From the NCBI GenBank assembly GCA_026025795.1, contig JAPEUG010000020.1, positions 1 to 64,000 of the forward strand: a stretch of 64,000 nucleotides of DNA. Reading direction: 5' to 3'. Below are positions 13,427-25,002 of this stretch, one piece after another (position 1 is the stretch's first letter; each line of letters begins with the position of its first letter). The stretch is from Thelocarpon superellum (taxonomy: Eukaryota). The position numbers and the translations under genes were made by a program. The notes under the pieces were generated by a model, which saw only the letters and a list, made by a program, of their open reading frames with translations, was not told where the DNA came from and did not search any database.

Positions 13427-15727
13427 ATGGCGACCATCGTACGTACTTCGGCCTCTCTGCGGCCTTTGGGTAGGAATGCCGCGCTGACACCCCGCAGTAC
13501 GACTCCCCCATCACGCCTGTCGTGCCCTCGGGCTTCGAGATGTACCAAAAATCGCCGGTCGCCGAGGCGCTCTTTCAACCACGGACGATGGCGCCGCGGC
13601 CAGTATCAGAAGCTACGGAGTTTTTCGATACCGATCTGGAAGATGAGAGCGCAGAGGAGAGCAATTCACCCCGCTTGAGTATCAACTCGGTACGTGACCA
13701 AGATCGGCCGCTGCCACGGACTCCCACTGACTCGCACGACTGCGTAGCTGGGCAAGAAGAGTGATTCGACCCTATCCTCGGTCGATGAAGTGCGCACACC
13801 TGTCTTGAATGAATATGCCGGCTTCGACTTCCGGGTGGAGGCGCGACCGGTCGAGGGACCTCGCGGCCCGCATCTGTTCCGAGCGTCCCAAGATTCGTCC
13901 AACATCGCCTTCCATCTCTCCATGTCGCCTTTGACGCCCAAAGAGCCGACGCTGATCGCAAGCCAAGACGTCGCTCCCGCCACGCAAGGGCAGCGCGGCC
14001 TGGCGCGGGCCGTCTCCCAGTTGGATCCGGCTCAGGTGTGCCTGTGGACCCCGCAAGACGTGGCCACATGGATGTATGAGGCAGGTTTCGAGGCGGGCGT
14101 GGTGGAGAAGTTTGAGAAGAACGACATCTCCGGCGCCATCTTGATCGACCTGAAGTTCGACGACCTCAAAGAGCTCGGCATTCAATCCTTCGGGCAGCGC
14201 CATCGACTGTGGGCAGAGATCCACCATCTGCGAGGCAGTCCTGTGGGGTCGCCGATCGATGGCACTCCGACCTCGAGCTTCGACAGTGGATACTCGTCGC
14301 GACATCGATCTCGCGTCGATTGCGGCTCGGAGGAAGATACACCGGTGCAGCCCACGCTCCGTCGACATCGCTCCCGCCGCATTCGTCGTGCCTTACCGCG
14401 CAGCGACGTCGTCGTGTCGCCCGCGGAGTCGGTTTCGATCGTCGGCATCGAACAGCTCCTCCCCAAACCCCACAAATGCTCGAAAGGGGAGCGATGCAGC
14501 AAGTTCCGCAAGCAGCAACGTCAACTTGCACTGTTGGCCCAGGAGCACCCAACGGGCGTTGACGCCAACGGCCAGATCGTCATCATCGGCGACCCAGGCA
14601 ACGCCCCGACGGCACCCAGTCTCCTCAGCCCGAGCACATCGGAGGCTCGGCCAACGTCCGAAGCGGTGCCGTCCATCGTGGCCTCGTCCGACGTGCTCGG
14701 ACCAGCGCAACTGGCCGACTTCACCATCGGCGAAGACAAATTGCGGGCGCTGCAGTCGCGCGACCCTCAAGAGAACGTCAAGCAGTTCCTGCACTTTCAG
14801 CAGCTCTCCACGGCCCCCACTGAGGAGCCGGCCACGCCGCCGCTCGAGCTCTTCCCTCCCCAGACGTCACCGACCCGGGCCTCGGCGCATGAGAACCTGC
14901 GCACCCTCCCCAAGCTGAGCATCCCGACGGTCTCGCTCCCGCAACGGTCGACGTCGTTGTCGTACCCGCGGTCCGCCTCGGCGACGACCCATGCCCCACC
15001 GCGGTCGCGGACGCCGTTCGAGAACTTCCGACGCGGCACGCCATGCTCGGCCATGGATGTGCCGGTGACGGCGATTCCGCTTGGCCCGGTCGCGCGCGAC
15101 ACGTCGCAGTCAGTTCCGCCCGACATGCAGTACCGCCGCGACCCGTCACCGCTCTCGCGCTCGCGATCACGCACGCAGTCACGGCATCGGAGCTTCGGCA
15201 TGGCCAAGCTCGCCGAGGACGCGGTCACGGAGTCGAGGGTCGAGGGCACGACGATCCCGCCCACGATGCGATCACGGTCTCGCGGGTCCACACCCCATCA
15301 CGAGGGTTGGATGAAGAAACGCAAGACCAAGTTCCTCCGGCACGAGTGGAACGAGCACTACTTTGCGCTGCAAGGCACGACGCTGGCAATGCGCGAGAAT
15401 GACCGATCAATGGACGTGTTGGAACACATCGACGTGGACGACTACGCGGTCGCGTGCTCGTCCATCGCCTCCAACAAGCTCAGCTCGGCGCTCAAAGCCA
15501 TGAAGCTGTCGGGCAAGAAGGACGCCGACAGCGCGGCCTTTGCCTTTCAGCTGGTGCCGGCGGCGGAGAAGAAGGGTGCCAAGAATGCGGCGTTGGGCAA
15601 GGTTCATCACTTCGCGGTCAAGTCGCGGGATCAGCGCATCGATTGGATGCGCGAGCTGATGCTCGCGAAAGCGTTGAAGCAGAAGGGAGAAGGGTATGAG
15701 ATCAACCACAACGGGAACATGATCTAA
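13427..15727 (+). CDS. SAM and PH domain protein (Boi1-like, no SH3)
   Basis: 12-nt first exon (MATI), introns at 13439-13497 and about 13690-13747. SAM domain WTPQDVATWM...FEKNDISGAILIDLKFDDLKELGIQSFGQRHRL; PH domain HEGWMKKR...WNEHYFAL...HHFAVKSRDQRIDWMRELMLA. Confidence 0.88.
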
Positions 15728-17085
15728 GCCTCTTCTTGGGGCCTCTGTGCCGCCTTACTCTCGTGGAATCGCTGTGGGACTGAATGGTGGCTCCTGCCCT
15801 TGTGACTGGTTCACCTGGGAGTTCAGGGACCGTTCGATCGGCAAAGATGGATGTGATGGGAGGAGAAGGCTTTGAATTTAGCGACCAGTGACTTTGGATC
15901 CTCACCACGACTACCCATCTCTTTCATGTATCTAGGAATTGTTCGGTAGCGTCGCCCGTACTACACTTAGCTGATTAGACCAATCTCACGCACGTGCGCC
16001 ATCATCCATCGCTCACAGGCCCGTCTCTCTGCCCGGTCAGGTTTGCGATCTTGCGTGGCCAGACGGCAACAAGCAGTGGCGCCAATGCCAATCACAAGTA
16101 CAACACAACCGATGCAGGAGGTACAGCTAGACACGCGGCAACATGGGATGATGAAAACAGGAGGTGTTTCTCACTGCGTGGTAAAGTGACGACAAACAGA
16201 GAAGGTTCTTGGCGACATTTGCCGTCGCGATCAGCACCGAGATCCACCAGACCCTGACGAGCCCGCCGCAAGATCGGCTCATCCTATGTTAGTGGCACGC
16301 GAGAGCGTGGTAGACGGACGGAATCCTTCCCAAAAGCGCCCGATGAGGGGTCGGGTCAAGTCGGAAGTGAGGCGTAGTTGCTCCGACGGAAGCTGGTCAG
16401 CTCCGTGGCCGTCGTGACGTACCCGTGCAACGATTACCGTGCAACGGCAGCAAGGCCTCCATGCCCACCTCGTTCAACGGCGCTCCGGATCAGCGGCGCG
16501 TCTCGGCCTCTCAAGCGCTCAGGCGTTCTTAGTTCCGGTCGAGGGATGCAGTCGGCCTGACCGCCTTGCTAATCTTGGCCGTTGATGACAGGTCGACTGC
16601 TCAGATAAGGTTAAGCCGCGTGGGAGGGTGGGCATCGGCGGGCGGCGAGCTTGACGCGACCGGATAACCCTGGAGTCCCAGTGGCCGCCGTCAACACAGC
16701 TAGCACGGTGCACAGGCGGCGAGGACGATTTGGCTATCTTCAACGCTTCACGCCGGTGCTACTGCTGGTATCTCCACGACTAATTACCATTCTCCCACAC
16801 AACCCGCCACCACCACCCACGACCGCGGCCCCCATTCCTGCTGGCCCCCCCGGATTCCTCCCGACCCTGTCTCGGCGGTCCGCGCATCGGCCGTGTGCCT
16901 GCTCGGCGCACGCGCGCAGCGTCGGCAGTAGTACCAAGGCCGCCCGGATGGCGTGCGACGCCCGGTCGCCGCGCCTACGGACATAAGATCCGCCGATCTC
17001 GACCATCGAATGCACCAGTGATTAATAACGCGCGCCGAGCTATCATCATTTGTCCTTTGCACACGTCGCCTCTATCTCACGCTTC

Positions 17086-17162
17086 GTCTTCCGTCTTCCG
17101 TCTTCCGTCTTCCATCTTCCGTCTTCCGTCTTCCATCTTCCATCTTCCATCTTCCATCTCCC
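17086..17162. repeat. (RTCTTCC) heptamer tandem repeat, about 11 copies
   Basis: GTCTTCC/ATCTTCC units just upstream of the SIS gene. Confidence 0.9.
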
Positions 17163-17243
17163 ATCTCGCTGTCCCCGCTCTTGTCAACCATCATGGGTGT
17201 CGGGCGCAATAGATCGGCTGTCGTTGTGGCCTCCCTGTGACGA

Positions 17244-18234
17244 ATGAATCCGCCGTGTGATCCCTTTGCGTCTCGGTCTTCCAGCACTTGTCTTCCATTT
17301 CCCGCCGCGCGATCCTCCGTCTCTCGCACGGTTGACCGATCGGACCTTGCCGCTAAAGAGTGTGAGGCAGCAAGCGTGATGGACGAATCATCCATCATGT
17401 TTGGGGAAAGTCGCGTGGGTCCACCGCAGTCCCCGCTGACCCCTCTGTCGCCGTCTTTGCCCACCGACATGTCCCTTTCGTCGGAGGACATTCCTGCCCT
17501 GCCCATCACGCCCCCTTCGTCGGAGTCTGACCCCGACGAGGAGGCGTCGCTGGCGACGGCGGTCCACGTGCTCTCGACCGAGGCCACTGCGCTCTCGTCG
17601 CTCTCCCGCTTGTACCAGACTGATCCGACGGCGCGCACCGGCTTTGTCGAGGCCGTCGACCAGATCGCCAAGACGGTCAGCGTTGGAGGCAAGGTCATCA
17701 TCTGTGGGATCGGAAAGAGCGGCAAGATTGGCGAGAAGCTGGTGGCGACGATGAACAGCCTGGGCGTGCTCAGTGTCTTCCTTCACCCGACCGAAGCACT
17801 GCATGGTGACCTGGGGGTGGTTCGTGCCGTCAGTTCTGTCCATGCCCGACCGGCCCGCTTCGTCGCTAACCCACGCCCCGCAGGTTGACACGCTCCTCCT
17901 CATCACCTTCTCGGGCCGTACGCCAGAGCTTCGCACGCTGATGCCTCATCTCCCGCTCAGCCTTCCCCTGATAGCCATGACGTCACATACCTCGCCGCTG
18001 TCGTCACCGCTGACGAGCGACCGACCGCACAGCATCGTCCTGCCGACGCCGGTGCACGAGTCGGAAGAAGCCTCTTTTGGAGTGGCGGCACCGACGACGT
18101 CTACAACGGTGGCCTTGGCCCTGGGCGACGCGTTGGCCGTCGCCATTGCGCGAAAGATCCACGTTGGGGAGGGACAAGGGCCGCGAGAGGTCTTCAAAGC
18201 GTATCATCCGGGAGGTGCCATTGGCATGCGTTGA
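17244..18234 (+). CDS. SIS-domain sugar-phosphate isomerase, KpsF/GutQ-like, lacking CBS domains
   Basis: Motifs [58 protein letters not shown]; intron 17829-17883. The start is uncertain (17244 or 17379). Confidence 0.88.
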
Positions 18235-18339
18235 GCGAGGTGTCGTGACGTGAGAAGATGTGGTGTGCAGGGCATGGCATCTGATGCGATGCGACGAGCA
18301 ATCGTCTCATTGGGTCTCCACCGGGCTGACGATGACGTT

Positions 18340-18375
18340 GCCGATGCCGACGCCGATGCCGATGCCGATGCCGAT
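18340..18375. repeat. (GCCGAT)~6 microsatellite
   Basis: Visible hexamer run in the SIS 3' region. Confidence 0.8.
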
Positions 18376-18673
18376 GATCGTGCGATGTTGTTTACGCGTA
18401 CACGGAAAGACTTGGCTCCTGCTTTTCTTTCTCTTGCGCATGCGTGGAGTGGAAATGCCTGTGATGGAAGGGGCACAGCTCATGCTCGTGCTCATGCTCA
18501 TGCATATGCTCATGCGTCTCTGGAGGACCCGGCGGTGATGCTGTACCCGTTCCAGTATACCGACCTACCCGTCCTCCGGGACCAGTCTGGGCGTTACCCG
18601 TGCACCTGCATCTTGAAGTTGAGTCGGCAGTGGATTGCTGCCCGTCGTTCCGTCCGTCCATCCGTCCGTCCTC

Positions 18674-18718
18674 TGGCCACTTTGGCCACTTTGGCCACTT
18701 TGACCATTTTGGCCATTG
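18674..18718. repeat. (TGGCCACTT)~5 degenerate 9-mer tandem repeat
   Basis: Three perfect and two degenerate copies. Confidence 0.8.
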
Positions 18719-20451
18719 CTTGGATCGCTCCGAAAACGGCGAGAAGCTGAGCAGAAGCAAAAGGAAGATGCTGCCCGATGTGAAGAGGGCCGCCCCAGCC
18801 GCTGAAAGACTGATGGCCACGAACCATCCGGACATACGACGCGACAGCCGTACCCGGCTATGTAAAGCGTTGTACACAGGCCACGAGGATCGTCGCTCTG
18901 TGAACAAGTGATGCCGATTGCATCCTCTGCTTGAAGAGAAGCTAATCATCTAGGAGACTTCAATCGCACCATGCCGGGATAATGGCAGGGAGTGCTCCTC
19001 CACAGACTAACCAACTAGGCAGGTCAACGTGTGATGCAGGGGATCCCCCTCTAACGATAGCCTGATTTGCTCCGATCCCGCTCTCCTGACTAGACAAGCT
19101 GCAGTAATCCTCTAATATGCTGGTAACCCTCCGAAGTGCGCCCGACGTAGTTTACAAAAGTGATTTTTTGACGTATGGGGAGTTCTCCACCAGTGCGAAC
19201 TCGACTGGGAATTTCGAAACGGGTCGCTTTCATCGTGATATCACGGATCCCTCCCTGCCTACTTCATGATTATAATCGATATGCACTGCAAGCGCCTAGT
19301 TCGAGATGATGGCTGCCTCCTAGACATCTCCGCAAGCTCCCTGGGTCGTGGCTCGAAATCAAGGATGATGTCAATCTCGGAGGGCCTTCTATATCTCCAA
19401 ATACCGACCAACTCCTCGGTACCTTGATTAATAAGATTTTCATCAGTACTGGGTCCTTCCTGTGCCACATGTTTGATCTATCGCCCTCGTCCTCTGGGCC
19501 ATCGACACACCTGTCGTCTCCGGCGCCGCTGTCGCTCTCGCTGTCTTGGCCGCGATCATTGCTCTTCTCGTCCGAGGTGCGCCTGCTGTGCTCGTTCCCT
19601 GGGGCGCCGCTGCTGCAGTCAGTCATGAGAGAAGGTTGACAACTGCTCTGCATGGCTCGCCGAGCAAGCCCAGGCTGGCGCTTGTTCATTCTGCCCTTTC
19701 CTGATCTTGAACCTGACTGTGCTTTATGGTAGTTATCCGTCGACGACGTGCACTTTGCAAGCTCTGTGGCACTGGCGGGAGGACAAGAGAGACCCAGGAC
19801 AAGCAATGGTAAAGCTCATGAGCAATTTCTGGAGTCGCTCAACCTTGTGCGCTTCTGATGTTGTTTCCATTGTAGACGGCGTGTAGACTGCAACGCTTGC
19901 GATAAAATAGGACCCACTCACAGTCTGGTGGTCATGGAGAATGAGAGATTGGTGCCCAGCGGTGATCTACTTGTTGTCAAGAGAGGTTCTGGATGGCATT
20001 CAGACCCATTTGCGAGCAACTGCCTTGCTCGCCTTACAGGTAACCCACCGGGTGTTCCTGACTTGGTTGGGCTCATCAAGAACTCGCCATTGAATGGCTG
20101 GGACACATTATACTACAGCTAGGAGAGGAGGCGCAAGACCAGTCGTTCTTTCCACGGACTTTGAGATCCTGGGCAAAGGCCCTTGTAACAGATGGCGCCG
20201 GTCAAGTGACGACTAGCATCCCCAATGTCTTTGCGTTCACCCCCGGACATCCCAGCGGCCGGCTTATGCGAGCTAGAAAGAGGTCGCCGGCTCCATGAAG
20301 ATCGTTCGCGAGCTGCAAGTTGGATCCTCGTGACTGGTCAAGATGCAGCAGCGTCGATGATGAGGGAGGAGGCGGCTGAAGAGGATCGAGCTTATCGAGA
20401 TACCCCTCGTCCCACCCCATCTCTCCACCACGAGTAGATGACAGCTCCGGG

Positions 20452-21743
20452 ATGAACACCGCCATCCCTCCCCCTTCGCTCTCGACTCTCCAGCATCTCA
20501 CGTGGGAGGGATCTCTGCCCCTGCGCATCCGGCTGGCGCCCGGGGAATCACGGAGTTATGACAAGACCGACCCGTATCTGGTGGGGGCTTCCTCGTTGCC
20601 CACCCCACCACCGGCCCACCTTCTTCTCCAGCTGACACATTTCTCCGTCACAGACCCACGCGCCACGCTTGACGTATCTCCCGTTTCTCCTCCCACGCCT
20701 CCACGGCTTCTTCGCCAACTCGCTCATCGAGGACGCCGCGTCCGTGGCGCCCGAAGATGGCTGGTTCAGCTTCGAGGGCGTCCCGCTGAAATGGCATTAT
20801 CCCGTGGGCCTGCTCTATGATTTATTCTCGGGCGCGGACGCGTCGGTGCGCGGGGAAGGCCACGGCCTCGGGTTGCATGCTTCGGGGTTGCAGGAGCATC
20901 CCGGCGGCGCCGTGCTTCCCTGGGAGCTCGAGGTCCATTTCTCGGATTGGCCGGAGGAACAACTGGTTCGACTGGATGCAGAGGGTAGGGTCATGGAAGA
21001 CGCCTTTATAAATGGCGTCAAAGAGGTATAGTGATCCTCCGTCTCCTGGCCGTCACCAGTATTGACGATCACGCACGCTGACGAGCGATGGATCCTACGA
21101 CATAGGCGGACTTTCTACGGAACGGAACGGCAAAGGGTATCATGTCGCTATCGAAAGACGACTCAACTCGGTTCTGGAGAGCGGTGCAAGATCGTGAGTG
21201 TGGGAGCGACATGGAATGGTGCAGCTCAAGGGTCTAACGGGATCCCGCGCAGATGATTTCACCATGTACAACTCCGTCAACCAGAAGCTGCTGAACCCAC
21301 CGGGCGCCATCCTTCGCAATATCCCATTGAAGATCTACCTCCCTTCTTCCAGCCTCGTCGAGGGCGACGCGATAGACGAGAATGCGACGGAGGCCACGGC
21401 GCAACAGGGATCCCTGCGAGTGGTTCAATCGCCGATTCCCCCGGCATTATCAGAGCGTGCGTAATATATTCTGTTTCAATCACCTTCAGCCTTCCTCCTA
21501 ACGACGTCTCCTCGTTCTCCGTCATGTAGCTAAAGCCATGCGTGTGCAGGAGAGACTCAGACGGTAGGCAGCGCACTGCAGCAGCTGCTGCCCTCGCTTT
21601 TCCCAAGCCGACGCACGGCGACGCTGGCTCGCGCAGTGTTGCACGGCACCGTGTTGCCCCTCACGGCGCCCCTGGAGGAAGTCATGCGGTCGGCGGCGTA
21701 TATGGATGGCTGGATCCATCTGAGCGTCATGATGATGGGATGA
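20452..21743 (+). CDS. ATG5: Autophagy protein Atg5 (5 exons)
   Basis: WEGSLPLRI...[10 protein letters not shown]...[21 protein letters not shown]...PWELEVHF...FINGVKEADFLRNG...[10 protein letters not shown]...[28 protein letters not shown]; the conjugation lysine motif KEAD is present. Confidence 0.95.
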
Positions 21744-21791
21744 GGTATAGACACTTCTTCTCGCGCTAGGATAAACAAACATGAATACACA

Positions 21792-23667
21792 TCAACCGAA
21801 CGTGATTTTCTGACGCGTCAGATCGCGATAGATGTCATCGAGGACGTTTTTCTTCTTTCTTCTCTTCTTTCCCTTTTGTCCTCCTCCCCCTCCTCCTGCA
21901 CTTTCCGTGTCTTCTCCATCATCTCCCTCGTCTCCCTCGTCTCCCTCGTCATTCTCATCATCATCTGCATCGTGCTCGTCTTCCTCCCCATCCTCATCAG
22001 CATCGACCAAAGCATCAACAGATGTTCTCGGAGCCCAGGCGCGAATCGTCCCGTCCGAATGAGCAGAGTATAGCTCTATCACGTCCGCGGGGCGCCATGC
22101 TAGTGTTGTGATGTGGTTCTTGCGGCTTCTCTGGCCTTGCTTTGTCTTCGTTCGTGAAGGTGCGGGCAGGCTTGAAGTATTAGGAGTGGAAGGAGGATGT
22201 CGAGGATGCAGGGGAGGAGGCGGAAAAGGCGGAGGCAACAAGGGTAACACAGGCACGCGCAACCGCTTGAGCAGCCTCCCCTCCAGTAGATCGGACATGA
22301 GGATCTCGCGCTCGTTGGGAAAGAACAGGACCTGCTTGCGTGCGTCCGTGAGATGGGAGGGAGTCAGGAGAGGAAGGAGGGTAGATAGGTGCGAGTTGCG
22401 CACTGCGGGCCCAAAGGTCGCAAGCGTGTTGGCGCCCGTGTCGGTATCCCAGACTCGAATGCGCTGGTCGTGGCCCGTGCTGACTAGGTGCGTGCCGTCG
22501 TCGCTCCATACCACCCCGTTCACGGCGCCCGTGTGCGCTTTTCCTTGCTCGCGAGGGCGCCCGCTGCTGCTGCCGAGGCTGCTGTGCCCCGCGATGCCGA
22601 CGGAGTCTTCTAGGTCCAGCACCGCCAGGGCGCCGGCGCTGCGCCGTACGTCCCAGAGCCGGACGGCGCCGTCGGCGCCCCCGCTTGCGAGGACATGCTC
22701 GGCAACCGGACTCCATGCGACGGAGAGAACGGCCCCGCGCGTATGGCCCGCGAGGGCGTGGGCGCTGGCGCCGGAGCGGAGGTCGACGAGTCGGACCGTC
22801 GGATGCTGCGTCGCGCATGCGACTAGGAGGTGCGATGCGATGGGGGAGAGATCGTGCGAGTAGATGACGGAGTCGAGGTCAAAGGAAGCGGATGGCGTGA
22901 GCGTCTCCGTCGAGTAGATCTTGAGGGTATGGTCGTAGGACGAGGACAGAAAGGCTAGGCTGTCAAAGGGGTAGAATGAGAGGCGCGTGATGCCAAATCT
23001 GTGGGCTTCCGGGCCTCTGCACGCATAATGTCAGTCCAATCGATGCGTAGATCTCTGGAACATGTGTCCAAGCAGGGCCCAATACACCTTTCGACTTGTC
23101 CTACGGGACGATGAACGACTTCAGAGTTGAAGCTTCCATAACTTGAAGTGGTAGGATTGGCGTGTTCTAGGTCCCATAGCAGAATGCTTGAGTCTGCGCC
23201 TCCAGAGAGCATTCTTCGATGAGCATGAGGATCAGCGAATTCATTTGATCTTGACGAATAATAGGACACGGAGTATGAACTCACAATCGACCCTCAAATC
23301 GATCAATAACCAGTGCATTGACGCCCGCTGGGTGAGCTACGCTGTTTGCTCGTCCATATCCGCTTTCATCGACAGCTTCACTCCGGAGGCCTCCAAGTCC
23401 TCCGCTGTCTCCTCTCGCCGACCCTTCAAAGCCATCGACGCTCCTTTGAGAGGTTGAGAGTCCCCCCTCTTTCCGGATAAAAGCAGAAGAAGCGGAAGAA
23501 GCAGACGAATAGGTCAAAGGCCCGTCCGAAGCGAAGACTGTCCCCGGCGAGAACTGGAGTGCATAGATCTGCTCCGTCGTCTGAGAGAGTGCGAATTCAT
23601 GTGGTGCCAATGTGCCTAGGGACCGGTTCAGGAGGTTGACGGTCGTTTTGGCAGTAGAGGAAGTCAT
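21792..23667 (-). CDS. ERCC8: WD40 transcription-coupled repair protein CSA/ERCC8 (Rad28/Ckn1), 3 exons
   Basis: AHPAGVNALVIDRFEGRLMLSGGADSSILLWDL...HRFGITRLSFYPFDSLAFLSSSYDHTLKIY...ACATQHPTVRLVDLRSGASAHALAGH...RLWDVRRS...AHTGAVNG, plus an acidic C-terminal tail with a basic NLS-like stretch. Confidence 0.9.
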
Positions 23668-23983
23668 GCAGCATGTTGAGGGGCCTGGGCAAAGGCGGGA
23701 AGCTACATCAGGGAGGTGGAAGAAGAACTCACGTCAGTCGATGAAGGCGGAGGTTGAGTCTTCGGCCGGGGGGTCAAATAAGACGTCACGCTGCGTCGTA
23801 TGCGTCGGCATCTTCCGCCGCCTCCCACCTTCCGCCATTCATTCACTTCACCACAATGACAATTCGTCGACGGCCAGAAGACGGCACAGAGCCCTACATC
23901 CGTCAGAGGCCGACGTTTCTGTCACGCTTAACAAGGAAATTCTCCTGCAATGACAATCAGGGGACAGCCATGCAAAAGCAACC

Positions 23984-24877
23984 ATGGCCAGCCCCGCATC
24001 CACGACGGCCTCCCACCACTACCCCGCCAACCGCCGCGTCGCAACCCTGTACGACGCAGTGAGCGGACGCATTTCCTCGCGCGGATTTATCCCCTCTGAA
24101 GCTGCCTATGTGCAAACACGAGACACCACTACTTCATCCCTGCAGGCCGTCCCACCCGAAGAGGTGCTATTTCGACGGAAACATGCCCCGATGAGATATG
24201 AAGAGGCGGATATCTATTTCGATACCGGAATTCCTGATCCCTCCCACGATCCCGCTGCACACCCGGGCGGAGAGATCAAGTGGCGAAAAAGACAGCAGTC
24301 TCCCCCGCTGAAGCGCCTACCGGATTCCGACCTCCTGAAAGCACTCCACGCATACGCATCAGACTTCTACCACCGCACCGCAGATGCCGGCGACGCCGAG
24401 AGCGACTGGAGAAGCCTGGACGAGACGGCTCTACTGGCTCTGGGCGTCTTGATCGAGGAAGAGGCGGGACGCGTCTTGGGCGAGACTGGAGACATGGTGT
24501 TTGTTGAGGCAGCGGACATCGTCCACGAGAGGGAAGAGGAGGCCGATGCGGGTCAGACGGAAATGGCCTTGCCAGCTCGGATGGGGAATAGGAGGGATGG
24601 ATGTCTCGGTGCTGGCGTCCTTGATCGCCCAAGATCGAGGAGCAGCGCCAGGAAGGCTGTTCAGGCGATCTCAAGGCCGCTGGCGATGAAGGAGGCAAGG
24701 CCCATAGAGGCGGAAGAAAGTGAGAGTGAGAGGCGAAGAAAGAGACCTAGACTTGACAAGGAAGATGATGGTGAAGACGGCGGGACTACTTACGACAGTG
24801 ACGACACTGATGACGAAGAGCGGGAAAGCGGTGGAATCGAAAGTGATGGTACGCAGGATCCGAGCACATCGGAATAG
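23984..24877 (+). CDS. RRN10: RNA polymerase I upstream activation factor subunit Rrn10-like protein
   Basis: The motif order LYDAV / PEEVL / LPDSDLLKALHAYAS / LDETALLALGVLIEE parallels yeast Rrn10 as I recall it (VYEA / ADEVL / IPDIDLRVVHYYA / FDETSLITLGLLIE); acidic tail. Confidence 0.72.
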   Translation: MASPASTTASHHYPANRRVATLYDAVSGRISSRGFIPSEAAYVQTRDTTTSSLQAVPPEEVLFRRKHAPMRYEEADIYFDTGIPDPSHDPAAHPGGEIKWRKRQQSPPLKRLPDSDLLKALHAYASDFYHRTADAGDAESDWRSLDETALLALGVLIEEEAGRVLGETGDMVFVEAADIVHEREEEADAGQTEMALPARMGNRRDGCLGAGVLDRPRSRSSARKAVQAISRPLAMKEARPIEAEESESERRRKRPRLDKEDDGEDGGTTYDSDDTDDEERESGGIESDGTQDPSTSE

Positions 24878-25002
24878 ACAGAAAGGGTCGTGCGGAGTTG
24901 CAATAGAATTGCTTCAACAAATGGTACTTTATTCTTCTGCTCTTATCTACACTATCGTCGTACTGTACACGCGCGGATGATCGTACACGTGCAAGGTGTG
25001 GC

